IMG/VR virus record: IMGVR_UViG_3300027271_000001
Coordinates: 1 to 43,903 of that record
Direction: 5' to 3' (one strand)
DNA length: 43,903 nt
DNA from: a virus
Taxonomy: Duplodnaviria; Caudoviricetes
Shown: in pieces, positions 1 through 8,712 of the stretch
Numbering within the stretch: the stretch's first letter is position 1
How the letters are laid out: every line of letters begins with the position of its first letter
Notes under the pieces: generated by a model
What the model was told of the DNA's origin: nothing
Databases searched by the model: none
What the model saw: the letters and a program-made list of their open reading frames with translations, nothing else
Made by a program: the position numbers and the translations under genes

Positions 1-96
1 CGGAAGGGTCGATTCTTGTCCAAGGAAATACACTTCGAAATCTGCAAAACGCTTCCTCAGCCAATTATGCTATAGTTCTCCGTTGAATAGCCCCGA
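1..96 (+). repeat. Terminal overlap identical to 43808-43903 (circular contig)
   Basis: cggaagggtc...gaatagccccga occurs at both ends; the tail-spike reading frame runs across the join. Confidence 0.95.
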
Positions 97-116
97 GTTT
101 CGTGGACGCCCTCGGG

Positions 117-1012
117 TTACATTTCCTGCTGCCGTTCGAACTCGACGGGTGACAGCATTCCGTTCCTGACGTGCTTGCGCTTCGGGTTATAGAACATCTC
201 GATGTAGTCGAACACGTCCTTCCTTGCCTCCTCGCGTGTTCGGTAGGTCTTGCGCCGTATCCTCTCGCGCTTGAGGAGATTGAAGAAGCTCTCCGCCACG
301 GCATTGTCATGGCAATTACCGCGACGGCTCATCGAGTGCTCAAGATTGTGCTGCTTCAGGAACGCCGCCCAGTCCATGCTGGTGAATTGCGAGCCTTGAT
401 CGGAATGGACCAGAACCTTGCTCTTCGGCTTTCGACGCCACACCGCCATGAGCAACGCCTGCAGCACGACATCAGTGGTCTGCCGGCTCTGCAGCGACCA
501 GCCGATGACGCGGCGCGAGAACAGGTCGATCACCACGGCCAGATAGGCAAAGCCCTCCTGGGTCCGGATATAGGTGATGTCAGTCACCCACGCCCTGTCC
601 GGCGCATCGACATCGAACTGCCGGGCAAGGGTGTTGTCGATCACGACTGACGGCTTGCCGCCATAGGAGCCGGGCCGACGCTTGTAGCCGATCTGCGCCT
701 TGATCCCGGCCAGCTTGGCGAGACGAGCGATGCGGTTGGGGCAACTGGTCTCTCCCTGATCGAGAAGGTCGTCATGCAGCTTGCGATAGCCGTAGACCCT
801 GCCGCTTTCCTTCCAGGCCTTGCTGAGAAGCGCGGTCTGACGGACATCTTCCCGAGCCCGTTTGCTCAGCGGGTTCTTCAGCCAAGCATAGAAACCACTG
901 GGCCGGATACGCAGGCAGCGGCACATCGCCCGCACCGTGAACTGCTGGCGATGCTCGGCAACAAACGCGTATCTCACTTTGCATCCTTGGCGAAATACGC
1001 GGTGGCTTTTTT
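117..1012 (-). CDS. IS3 transposase OrfB (DDE integrase core), expressed as OrfAB by -1 frameshift
   Basis: WVTDITY, HSDQGSQF and DNAVAESFF DDE motifs; 5' boundary approximate. Confidence 0.95.
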
Positions 1013-1246
1013 TAAGATGTCGCGTTCCTCGGTGACGCGCACCAGCTCCTTCTTCAGACGACGTATCTCTGCCGCCTGATCCCCATCGCTTCCTGATGGC
1101 TTCGAGAACTTCTTCTTCCACGCATAGAGCGAGTGTTGGCTCACGCCCAGCCGCTGCGACACCTCCGCAACCGGATAGCCCCGCTCGGTGATCTGCGTGA
1201 CAGCATCGCGCTTGAACTCATCACTGAAATTGCCGGTCCCCATCAT
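974..1246 (-). CDS. IS3 transposase OrfA (HTH)
   Basis: FSDEFKRDAV...VAEVSQRLGVSQHSLYAW HTH and EERDILKKA leucine-zipper end. Confidence 0.95.
   Translation of the reverse strand: MMGTGNFSDEFKRDAVTQITERGYPVAEVSQRLGVSQHSLYAWKKKFSKPSGSDGDQAAEIRRLKKELVRVTEERDILKKATAYFAKDAK
1006..1013 (-). other. A7G programmed -1 frameshift site of IS3
   Basis: Minus strand AAAAAAAG in the orfA/orfB overlap (ILKKA). Confidence 0.85.
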
Positions 1247-1305
1247 GGCCTCCTTGCCTCAAATTTAGGGAAGAAGGCGTCCACAAATCTAGGGGCTATT
1301 CACGT

Positions 1306-1710
1306 CAAAAACCTGGAGGGGCAGCAAACTTTTTGGTGAACGGGAATATTGCTGACACCATAGAGCGCGCAATGATCGCCTGTTTCACGGACATTTCGTC
1401 GCTGATCGTACACGGCAACACGGCGAAGAATGTGGCTGCTGAGGGAGGCTACCAAAACCTTCTGGCGGTTATTACCGGGAACACCGTCGCATTCGCATCT
1501 GTCATCGGGAATTATCTCGATGCCGGCACCGGCATCCGCAACCTCGGTACAATCACCACACTTTATGAGGAACTGAATAGTTGGAACGACAGGCCGCTTC
1601 GGTCATCTGGAACCACGGGCGGGACGGGCTCCGCAAGTGCCGGAGCGCAGTATGTGGAGGCTGAGATTAGCGGGGTAACCTACAAACTGCTTCATGACGG
1701 AACCGTGTAG
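1306..1710 (+). pseudogene. C-terminal 134 aa of the tail spike, separated by the IS
   Basis: Removing the IS and one CGT gives the in-frame join ...AIVLR|QKPGGAANFLVNGNIAD..., continuing the beta-helix repeats (GNI/GNT/GNY). Confidence 0.92.
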
Positions 1711-1717
1711 AGGAAGG

Positions 1718-1744
1718 TTGACAGAATGGGAGCTAGAGTAGAGT
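1718..1744 (+). promoter_or_regulatory. Possible sigma70 promoter of the moron
   Basis: TTGACA at 1718-1723 and TAGAGT at 1739-1744; the 15-bp spacer is suboptimal. Confidence 0.35.
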
Positions 1745-1775
1745 TCTACCCCGTCTATTAGGCTCGGGGTTCAAC

Positions 1776-2816
1776 ATGCAAAAATTCTTCTTATTGGCGC
1801 TGTTCGCGCTCACTTTCCCTTCCATGGCTGCGGCTGATATCATTGACGCAGATCGGCGCACACTAGATGATATCATGTATCTTCCGCGTGATGCGGCGGC
1901 AAACTGGGTTCCGCAGACGTTTCTCGATATCCGCTATCCATGGCCGGAAAAGTACATCGAGCGTTTTCGCCAGCCATTCAACCCGCATATGTTTAAGCGA
2001 AATGCTAGTGCTCTTCGCCAATATGCCGAGAAAAGCAGTGACAACGCTACGATTGTGTTGCGCCAGGCTGAGTACCTGGATTTTGTGGCTTCCCATTATA
2101 TCGTTCAGGATGGTCAGTGCTCCTATGTCACCAACGAATTCGATTATGGTTACATTGGCCTGACATTTCAGAATGGGTTCCGTGGCGCCTTCATGAGCAA
2201 TCACACGGCCTATGGCTATATCGATCTCTATGAAGCCACTGGGAATAAAGCTTATCTCGAAACGGCGTATGCACTGCTTCGGTCATCGGCCTTTTGCGAA
2301 ACGGATGAGGTATTTCTGCATTGGGAAGATGAGGAGGGCTATCTCTGGTTGAACGAGTATGTGTTCAAGATCACGCCAGAAGAAGAAGCCCGAGCGAAGT
2401 TGATCGGGATGACCCCCGGTCCTGATGGCTGGTTCCGAGCCGAGGTCTTCAATGGGCATATTTCTGCGCTCATCGCGTACATCAGGTATGAACAGGTCAC
2501 CGGAACCAAAGAGTTCGATGAGGTGATCCGGCGTAGCATTGCGACGGCGGAGCGCTATTTGCCTGATCAGATATTTGAGGATCGGTATTTCGCTTACATG
2601 AACCACTTCTATCTCTGGCCCGACTATGGCCAGGAAAGGGCTGTTCGGCTTGCGCAGGGTCTATGTGAAATCTCTCCGTCTGAATCTCTTTGCGCGACAG
2701 CGCAACGTATGGAAGCTCTCTTTGAGACCAAGATAAAGGGACACGAGCAGCAAATTCTCACCGAGAACCGTGCTGTCGGAAAAGAGACGTTGAATCGCCA
2801 ACTGTCTCAGAATTGA
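1776..2816 (+). CDS. Secreted D-glucuronyl C5-epimerase-like (alpha/alpha toroid) protein; moron
   Basis: Signal peptide MQKFFLLALFALTFPSMAAA; motifs LYEATGNKAYLETA, WLNEY, VFNGHISAL and YLP resemble the C5-epimerase C-terminal domain; visibly more AT-rich than its neighbours. Confidence 0.6.
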   Translation: MQKFFLLALFALTFPSMAAADIIDADRRTLDDIMYLPRDAAANWVPQTFLDIRYPWPEKYIERFRQPFNPHMFKRNASALRQYAEKSSDNATIVLRQAEYLDFVASHYIVQDGQCSYVTNEFDYGYIGLTFQNGFRGAFMSNHTAYGYIDLYEATGNKAYLETAYALLRSSAFCETDEVFLHWEDEEGYLWLNEYVFKITPEEEARAKLIGMTPGPDGWFRAEVFNGHISALIAYIRYEQVTGTKEFDEVIRRSIATAERYLPDQIFEDRYFAYMNHFYLWPDYGQERAVRLAQGLCEISPSESLCATAQRMEALFETKIKGHEQQILTENRAVGKETLNRQLSQN

Positions 2817-2846
2817 TCTACAGGGCTCAAACTCAGAACGTTTCCG

Positions 2847-2873
2847 AGGCCCGTTATGCGGGCCTTTTTCTTT
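2847..2873 (+). terminator. Rho-independent terminator after the moron
   Basis: AGGCCCG-TTATG-CGGGCCT followed by TTTTCTTT. Confidence 0.85.
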
Positions 2874-2933
2874 GAACGCACCCTCCCGGCGCGCTGCTCT
2901 CGCACATCCATTCCACCATGAAAGGAAACTGCA

Positions 2934-3896
2934 ATGCTGACCGCAGATCAACTGCGGGCGATGGCGCTCGGCCGTCCGAATGCCGAGAACATGAACTCTG
3001 TCGTCGTCGCTCTGAACACATATGGCCGGGATGCGGGGCTGGATAAGCCGCATCGGCTTGCTCACTTCCTCGGCCAACTTCTGCATGAAAGCGGCTCCTT
3101 CCGGTACGACCGGGAGATTTGGGGGCCGACACCGGCGCAAAAGAGATACGAGGGGCGCAAGGACCTCGGCAACGTCCAGAATGGAGATGGGTCGAAGTTC
3201 CGCGGTCGTGGACCAATCCAGGTCACGGGGAGGGCGAACTATCGAGCATTCAGCAAATGGGCGAAAGGCATCGACCCCGCTGCGCCAAACTTCGAGCGCG
3301 AGCCGGAGAAGATCAACGCCGATCCATGGGAGGGACTTTCCCCCATTTGGTACTGGTCGGAAGGCAACCCTGAGCGGCTGAGCCTCAACCGCTATGCCGA
3401 TACCAACAACATCGAGATGATCACGCGCCGGATCAACGGAGGGCTGAACGGATACGCTGATCGCATCAAGTTCTACGTTCGCGCCGCCCTTGTCCTGCTC
3501 GGATATGGACCGACCGATGTGAAGCGGTTCCAGACGGATCATCCGGATGCGGGCATAGCCGATGGCATAGCTGGCGAAAAGACGCGAATGGCACTCCATC
3601 GCGCTCTGGAAGGTGAGAACCCGTATCGCGAAGTCGAGACGGTCGAGATCGACAAGCCTGTTGTGCCGGAACAGGTCGAGAAGGAAGTCAGGAAGAAGTC
3701 CGGCTTATGGCAGTGGCTCACGGGCCTGTTCGGATCGGGTGCGCTCGGCCTTGGCTGGCTGACGGGCATGGACTGGCAGGCGATCCTCGCAGGCGGTGTG
3801 GTTTTGATCGTCGTTCTGCTCGTGCTCGTTGCCCTGCGCTCGCAAATCGTTGCCGCGGTGCGCGAGATCAAAGGCGCCGTTGAGGGGCAGGGGTGA
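2934..3896 (+). CDS. Endolysin, GH19 family, with peptidoglycan-binding segment and C-terminal transmembrane helices
   Basis: RLAHFLGQLLHES, FRGRGPIQVTGRANY, ITRRINGGLNG; VKRFQ...ADGIAGEKT; hydrophobic C-terminus. Confidence 0.9.
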   Translation: MLTADQLRAMALGRPNAENMNSVVVALNTYGRDAGLDKPHRLAHFLGQLLHESGSFRYDREIWGPTPAQKRYEGRKDLGNVQNGDGSKFRGRGPIQVTGRANYRAFSKWAKGIDPAAPNFEREPEKINADPWEGLSPIWYWSEGNPERLSLNRYADTNNIEMITRRINGGLNGYADRIKFYVRAALVLLGYGPTDVKRFQTDHPDAGIADGIAGEKTRMALHRALEGENPYREVETVEIDKPVVPEQVEKEVRKKSGLWQWLTGLFGSGALGLGWLTGMDWQAILAGGVVLIVVLLVLVALRSQIVAAVREIKGAVEGQG

Positions 3897-4150
3897 TGCT
3901 TGCCTTCATCCTCTCACCCATAGGGAAGGCCGTGGGCGGTGTTCTGGCGGCGGTAGCTCTTGTGGCCGGCTTTTACGCCTATGGCCACCACCGGGGCGCT
4001 GCGTCGGAAAGACAGGCCATCCTCTCCCGATCCGTCGAAGCTCTGCGCGAAAGGAACGCGACCGATGAACAAATCCAAGGCATGGATGCTGTTGCCCTTT
4101 GCCGGGCTCTTGGCGGGCTGCCAGACGAATGCGCCGGCCTCGATCTGTGA
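3896..4150 (+). CDS. i-spanin (Rz-like)
   Basis: N-terminal TM, helical periplasmic part with Cys residues; follows the endolysin. Confidence 0.75.
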   Translation: MLAFILSPIGKAVGGVLAAVALVAGFYAYGHHRGAASERQAILSRSVEALRERNATDEQIQGMDAVALCRALGGLPDECAGLDL

Positions 4151-4274
4151 CGGGTGGAAGCGGCTGTCGCCCTCGGCAGAGACCCGCACCTTCATCATCC
4201 GGAATGATCGGCCCTTCGCGGAAGGTGTAGCCGCTCACAACACATTCGGGACCCGGCAGGGCTGCTGGAAATAG
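4065..4274 (+). CDS. o-spanin lipoprotein (Rz1-like)
   Basis: MNKSKAWMLLPFAGLLAGC lipobox; overlaps the i-spanin in another frame. Confidence 0.75.
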   Translation: MNKSKAWMLLPFAGLLAGCQTNAPASICDGWKRLSPSAETRTFIIRNDRPFAEGVAAHNTFGTRQGCWK

Positions 4275-4285
4275 GGCAGGGGATA

Positions 4286-4645
4286 ATGCCAGGCAGCACA
4301 GAAGCACAGGTGGCGCGTCTCGATGAGCGTCTCAATTCCATCGAGCGGCTTCTCGTGTCGCTCTCCGAAGACATGAAGGCGGCAAGCGATAGCCGAAAGA
4401 AGGTCTATGAGGTCCAAGAGGCGACCGCCCGCGATCTGATCAGGATCAGCCACAGGCTTGAGAACGTCGAGAATGAAGTGAAGGCGATCCGTCCGACCAG
4501 CGACGAATATCTCAAGATGCGCGAGCAGGTGCGTGGTGCTGGAACGCTCGGGCGCTGGCTCTGGATTGCCGGCGGGATAGTGATTTCCGGCGCTGGCTGG
4601 CTGGTTCTGCTCTATACCAAGATCACCGGAAGACCGCCGCCCTAA
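4286..4645 (+). CDS. Putative holin / lysis membrane protein
   Basis: Coiled coil plus one C-terminal TM; last gene of the lysis cassette. Confidence 0.5.
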   Translation: MPGSTEAQVARLDERLNSIERLLVSLSEDMKAASDSRKKVYEVQEATARDLIRISHRLENVENEVKAIRPTSDEYLKMREQVRGAGTLGRWLWIAGGIVISGAGWLVLLYTKITGRPPP

Positions 4646-4669
4646 CGCCCGAACCGATCCTCCCTGACT

Positions 4670-4704
4670 GCCCCGCTGGCCCTATCGGCTGGCGGGGCTT
4701 TTTT
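4670..4704 (+). terminator. Late-operon terminator
   Basis: GCCCCGCTGGCC-CTATC-GGCTGGCGGGGC followed by a T run. Confidence 0.85.
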
Positions 4705-4830
4705 GCGTTTTTTGGGTGCGGGCCCCGCGACGGATTTCACAATGATTTCAAAGGTGCTTATGTCAGGCAAGGTGCGGGTAAATGAGACGGATACAACCAC
4801 AATTTCAATCACTTATGCAAACCTGTCTGC

Positions 4831-4849
4831 ACTCCTGCCGGGGTCGCCA
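4831..4849 (+). other. attP core: 3' end of a tRNA (tRNA-Arg-like)
   Basis: ACTCCTGCCGGGGTCGCCA is a partial T-loop, T-stem 3' arm, acceptor strand and CCA, next to the integrase stop; AT-rich arm-like sites at about 4741-4815. tRNA identity is tentative. Confidence 0.75.
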
Positions 4850-4854
4850 CACCA

Positions 4855-5931
4855 TTATTCGGGTATTGATTTCTTTGAGTTTTTCATGCTCATTCCCGCA
4901 CCGGTTTCAAGGTTAGGGAATAGGGCGTTCGATGCCTGTTCCGCCAGAAGACTTCTGCTCGCTCTCCTGGTGTATCGCTCAGCCATCCTTGGGTTCTTCC
5001 AGCCATACATTGCTGCGAGCTGCATTTCCGTGGCGCCATTCTCAGCGGCGAATGTTGCTCCGGCCTTGCGGAGGCCATGAGCTCGACCCGGCACCCCGGC
5101 GGCTATGCATTGCTCAGCAAACCAGTTGCCAAACGATTCTTTGGTCCACGGTTTTCCGCGCGAATTGCAAAGCAGGGCCAAATCTCCCGTCTTTGTCGAA
5201 GATATGGATTTCGCCAGCGGCGGAAGGATCGGCAGGATAACTTCCGTCTTTGTTTTCGATGTTCGCAGCAGGAGCTTCCCATCCTTGATGTGCTGTCGGC
5301 CAACAAGAACGGCATCTCCCCGGCGAAGCCCGGTATAGAGTAGAAGGTCCAGAGCAAGGCGGGCTTGCGTTCCAACCTCGTGCTTGCGCTGAAATTGAAC
5401 AACCTCTTCAATCGTCCATGTGTGGAAGCCGTCGGTCTCGGGTGCGCAGCCGCTCACGCTGGCGGCGGGGTTCTCTTCAATCCATGCATTGTCCACAGCG
5501 AACTGAAAGAGCGCTTTCATCACCTTCACATAGTTCTGCGCTGCGAAAGGCGTAGCCTCGCGCCTCACTTTGCCCTGCTGGACGTCCGCCTTTGTGATGT
5601 TGAGAAAATTCAAGGTTCCGCCTGTTTCGCAGACCTTGAGCAATATCTGCGACCTGGAGCGTTGTGTTTCCGGTGCCAATCTCGCAAACCTTCCGCTCTC
5701 CAAATATCGGTCAACGAGCCATCGCAAACTGGTGCGTGGTGCCGTGGCTTTCCGATCCACTGGTGTGCCGGCCAGCGCCGCATCATAGGCAGCATTGAAT
5801 TCATCGGATCCATAAGGCCCCGGAAGGCGTACACGCGGACCCTTGCCGCGCCTGAAATACCATACGGTGATACCGTGGCGGGTCACTTCGCGTTGCGTGA
5901 AAGGTTTTCTCGGGCGTGGCATGCGAGGCAT
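4855..5931 (-). CDS. int: Tyrosine integrase
   Basis: TGLRRGD, K in TSKT, HGLRK, YGW, RYT catalytic residues. Confidence 0.95.
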   Translation of the reverse strand: MPRMPRPRKPFTQREVTRHGITVWYFRRGKGPRVRLPGPYGSDEFNAAYDAALAGTPVDRKATAPRTSLRWLVDRYLESGRFARLAPETQRSRSQILLKVCETGGTLNFLNITKADVQQGKVRREATPFAAQNYVKVMKALFQFAVDNAWIEENPAASVSGCAPETDGFHTWTIEEVVQFQRKHEVGTQARLALDLLLYTGLRRGDAVLVGRQHIKDGKLLLRTSKTKTEVILPILPPLAKSISSTKTGDLALLCNSRGKPWTKESFGNWFAEQCIAAGVPGRAHGLRKAGATFAAENGATEMQLAAMYGWKNPRMAERYTRRASRSLLAEQASNALFPNLETGAGMSMKNSKKSIPE

Positions 5932-6104
5932 CAAAGATACCCGCTCTTGTTCTCGTCAAGTTTGCGCGGTGCCTGTGCATGGTCTTCGGGGATAAGACGG
6001 ACAACCACATCCCCAATCTTGACTTCTGCAATGAAGCCCGCCTTCGCCGCGCCGTTGCATAATGCCGTGACCTGGCGCTCTGTTATTTTGAGCGGCTTAG
6101 TCAT
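5931..6104 (-). CDS. 57-aa protein, putative excisionase (absent from the ORF track)
   Basis: MTKPLKITERQVTALCNGAAKAGFIAEVKIGDVVVRLIP...; TGATG coupling to int and ATGA coupling upstream; function inferred from position only. Confidence 0.55.
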   Translation of the reverse strand: MTKPLKITERQVTALCNGAAKAGFIAEVKIGDVVVRLIPEDHAQAPRKLDENKSGYL

Positions 6105-6406
6105 TCGCGCTTATCCTTCAGGGCTCGGATGTGTCTGGCAGCCCACTTGCCATCACCGAAAGATGGAACGATCTCCATGGCATCCGCCGCCGCTTCCAGC
6201 GTCTCCGCATCCAACTCACCCGGCCCGAGAATGCGATAGCCGGAGGCGGTGAGGGCGCGCCTGATGGCTTCGGAATTCGCCACCGCGAAATCTGCAATGA
6301 GGTTCCATGCCTCATCACTGTTTTGTCTCTCTCCGTCTCCGTATTCAGAGACAAGGCGCGAAAATTCTCCTGCCAGCGTTTCCTCAAGCTTCTGCTCTCT
6401 GTTCAT
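6101..6406 (-). CDS. Hypothetical phage protein
   Basis: ATGA-coupled ORF (MNREQKLEE...) with RBS. Confidence 0.7.
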   Translation of the reverse strand: MNREQKLEETLAGEFSRLVSEYGDGERQNSDEAWNLIADFAVANSEAIRRALTASGYRILGPGELDAETLEAAADAMEIVPSFGDGKWAARHIRALKDKRE

Positions 6407-6693
6407 CGGGAAATCTCCTGGAGGGTGGCGCGGGCGGACTGACCCATGCGGATTATCAATCCGCGACAAGCATCGTGCGAAACGCCGTAGATGTGGTCTT
6501 CTGGATCAAGCGCATCGATAAAGTTCAACGCCTTCCGCGCCTTCTCCAGATCGGCCTCAAGCTGCTCGATGCGGGCGAGGGCTTCCCACGCAAGATTTGC
6601 AGCAATGCCAGCATCTACAGAACCACGGTCTATGCTGTACCCTGAGAGACGCAGGACTTCCTCATTCAAACGCTCTTTCAGATCGTGGTTCAT
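6403..6693 (-). CDS. Hypothetical phage protein
   Basis: ATGA-coupled ORF in the early-left operon. Confidence 0.7.
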   Translation of the reverse strand: MNHDLKERLNEEVLRLSGYSIDRGSVDAGIAANLAWEALARIEQLEADLEKARKALNFIDALDPEDHIYGVSHDACRGLIIRMGQSARATLQEISR

Positions 6694-7076
6694 CTCGAAA
6701 CAACCTCCCCGGTGCGCAGGTCGATGACCTCGCCGGATATCTTCTTTTTCAGAAACGGATGCGACAGGCTCGATTTGCGCTTCTTGACCCCGAGCGCCTT
6801 GTCCTGTTGTCGCCGTGTCTTGGCGGCGACAGGGATGTCATGCCCGAAGGTCTTCACCCGGTGGCAGTCGATGCAGACAGCCGCGCAATTGCCGAGGCTG
6901 TTGTCCTTGCTGTTGGCATCCAGGTCGATGTGATCGAACTCGACGCCATAGGAGAGAGGCGCATTGCAGCGCTGGCCTTCGCGCAGACCATACCATTCGC
7001 CCACAGCCTCACAGAGACCGCCGGAGCGTTTTAGAGCCTCGCGCTTGGTGGTTTTGGTGAACTCACGCCGGGGCAT
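6690..7076 (-). CDS. HNH endonuclease
   Basis: RSGGLCE...C, EFDHID, NSLGNCAAVCIDCHRVKT. Confidence 0.85.
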   Translation of the reverse strand: MPRREFTKTTKREALKRSGGLCEAVGEWYGLREGQRCNAPLSYGVEFDHIDLDANSKDNSLGNCAAVCIDCHRVKTFGHDIPVAAKTRRQQDKALGVKKRKSSLSHPFLKKKISGEVIDLRTGEVVSR

Positions 7077-7288
7077 CACCGCTCTCCCCACGTACGTCCG
7101 CATTCTGCGGCGAGCGCTTCACATGTCACACGCACCAACTCGCCTTGTTTCGGGCGGAACGGCATATGCTTTGCCTTGCGGTGCTCAATGGAGCGCATCA
7201 AAGCGGCCCGCTCTTGCTCCTTGCGGGCTGCAACTCGGGCATGGCGGCGTTTTGAGAACCAGGTGAGCCACGGGATGAGGGCAGTCAT
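7076..7288 (-). CDS. Hypothetical basic protein
   Basis: Translationally coupled ORF. Confidence 0.65.
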   Translation of the reverse strand: MTALIPWLTWFSKRRHARVAARKEQERAALMRSIEHRKAKHMPFRPKQGELVRVTCEALAAECGRTWGER

Positions 7289-8709
7289 GATGCCAGATCC
7301 TTCTCATCGCACCCGACAACGCCGGCAATCGTTTCCCGACAGTCGGACAGCTCAATTTCCCCTCGACAGCATGCGCGGGCGTAGTTCGTCACAGACCTCG
7401 CTTTGGCGCGAACTGCATCGGTGAGACCTTCGACAAAGAGCCCCTTGGACTGATTGACCACGACAGTCTCATCCGGGCCGATGGCGCCGATGATCGCTTT
7501 CGCAAAAGTCTTGAGCCATTCACCTGCATCAGCTGAGGCCGGCTCCGTTTCGCTCTCTCCCATGCTGTCGGAGCCGGCCTCGCTGGTTTCCGCTTGTGCG
7601 GAGGATGGGTTGGCAGCGACACTGGACGGAGATGAGGCGGCAGTGCCGCTGCCTTCGTCGGCGGGGGGATGGGCCGACGATTCTTGTTCTTGTTCGGAAC
7701 CGCTGCGCATGTCTTCGATCTGGTTTGATATGCTCGACTGATCGAAACCACTTTCATCGCCGCTTGTCTCGGAGAGGGTCCTGGCGTGCGCAAGACGATC
7801 ACCGGGGTCGCCGCCTCCGGCTTCGTGGATATCGCGTTTGATCTGGTCGGATGCCGTTGCGATCGACTTGAAGGTCTCCTTCATGCCTTCGAGCTTGACC
7901 TGCATCAGCTTCGGCAAATCCTTCCACCAGCCCTGCAGAGATCCCATGCCTTCGTTCGCGGCCAGAAGGCCGGCGCGCTTTGCGTTCTCAATCTCTGGAT
8001 CAAGCGTGACGCCCTGATCGCTCCATGCGCGAACTGCCGCTCCGGCATCACTGGTGATCTTCCGCCCCTCTGGGAATGCGTTCTGCAGGTCGCCGGGGCA
8101 TTTCTGGATCGTTGGGACGTGCGTGCCCTCGGCAAGCATCATGGAGACGGTCATCTCATAGATGAACGACTTCTCCTGAACGACGACGAAGCCCTCATTG
8201 ACGATTTCGGACTTGCCGTTTGCGCCCTTGGCCTGCACGACCTTCTCTTTGACGCGGCAGCAGAAAATCAGATGCGCCCGCGTCTGGAGGGCAGCATTCA
8301 TCAGCTTTTTGTGTCCCGCCTTCGGCTTCTGCCAGCAATGCAACCCAGAACGCTTGGTGCGTTCCTCAATGGCCTCTGCCTGCTCCAGAACTCCACCGCT
8401 GCCTTCCCACTCGTGAGAAATGCTGTCGATGATGATCGCGGTATATCCGGCATCCTCAAACGCATTGATCGCCTCGACATAGCGCTGCGAGGTGAACGGC
8501 GGGTCCAGGTCGATCACATCGAACCCGCCGGCAACGTCCGCATAAAACCGGGAACGCTTGTTCTCGGTATCGATAAAGCCGATCTTGCCCTCTGGCCCAA
8601 CCAGGCCGCGTGCATACAGAAGGGCGCTGTAGGTCTTGCCTGCGCCGGATGGACCGGCAATTGAAGTGAGGGTGAATGTCTTTTCGCGCACGGCGCGTTC
8701 AATCTTCAT
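7285..8709 (-). CDS. Sak4-like (AAA_24) recombination ATPase with long acidic C-terminus
   Basis: Walker A GPSGAGKT, IDTE, Walker B IIIDSISHEW; adjacent to the exonuclease. Confidence 0.8.
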   Translation of the reverse strand: MKIERAVREKTFTLTSIAGPSGAGKTYSALLYARGLVGPEGKIGFIDTENKRSRFYADVAGGFDVIDLDPPFTSQRYVEAINAFEDAGYTAIIIDSISHEWEGSGGVLEQAEAIEERTKRSGLHCWQKPKAGHKKLMNAALQTRAHLIFCCRVKEKVVQAKGANGKSEIVNEGFVVVQEKSFIYEMTVSMMLAEGTHVPTIQKCPGDLQNAFPEGRKITSDAGAAVRAWSDQGVTLDPEIENAKRAGLLAANEGMGSLQGWWKDLPKLMQVKLEGMKETFKSIATASDQIKRDIHEAGGGDPGDRLAHARTLSETSGDESGFDQSSISNQIEDMRSGSEQEQESSAHPPADEGSGTAASSPSSVAANPSSAQAETSEAGSDSMGESETEPASADAGEWLKTFAKAIIGAIGPDETVVVNQSKGLFVEGLTDAVRAKARSVTNYARACCRGEIELSDCRETIAGVVGCDEKDLAS

Positions 8710-8712
8710 GGG

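Larger units (their letters stand above)
84..1302 (-). mobile_element. IS3-family insertion sequence (1219 bp) inserted in the tail-spike gene
   Basis: TG...CA ends; 27-bp imperfect inverted repeats (TGAATAGCCCCGAGTTTCGTGGACGCC vs TGAATAGCCCCTAGATTTGTGGACGCC, 3 mismatches); 3-bp target duplication CGT at 81-83 and 1303-1305; orfA/orfB organisation. Confidence 0.97.

Noticed and set aside
1-96. 96-bp terminal repeat as a biological DTR or att site
   Set aside because: It falls mid-gene and runs 13 bp into the IS; best explained as assembly overlap of a circular sequence, and attP lies elsewhere
4800-4855. Complete tRNA gene
   Set aside because: Only the 3' ~19 nt are present; no D or anticodon arm upstream
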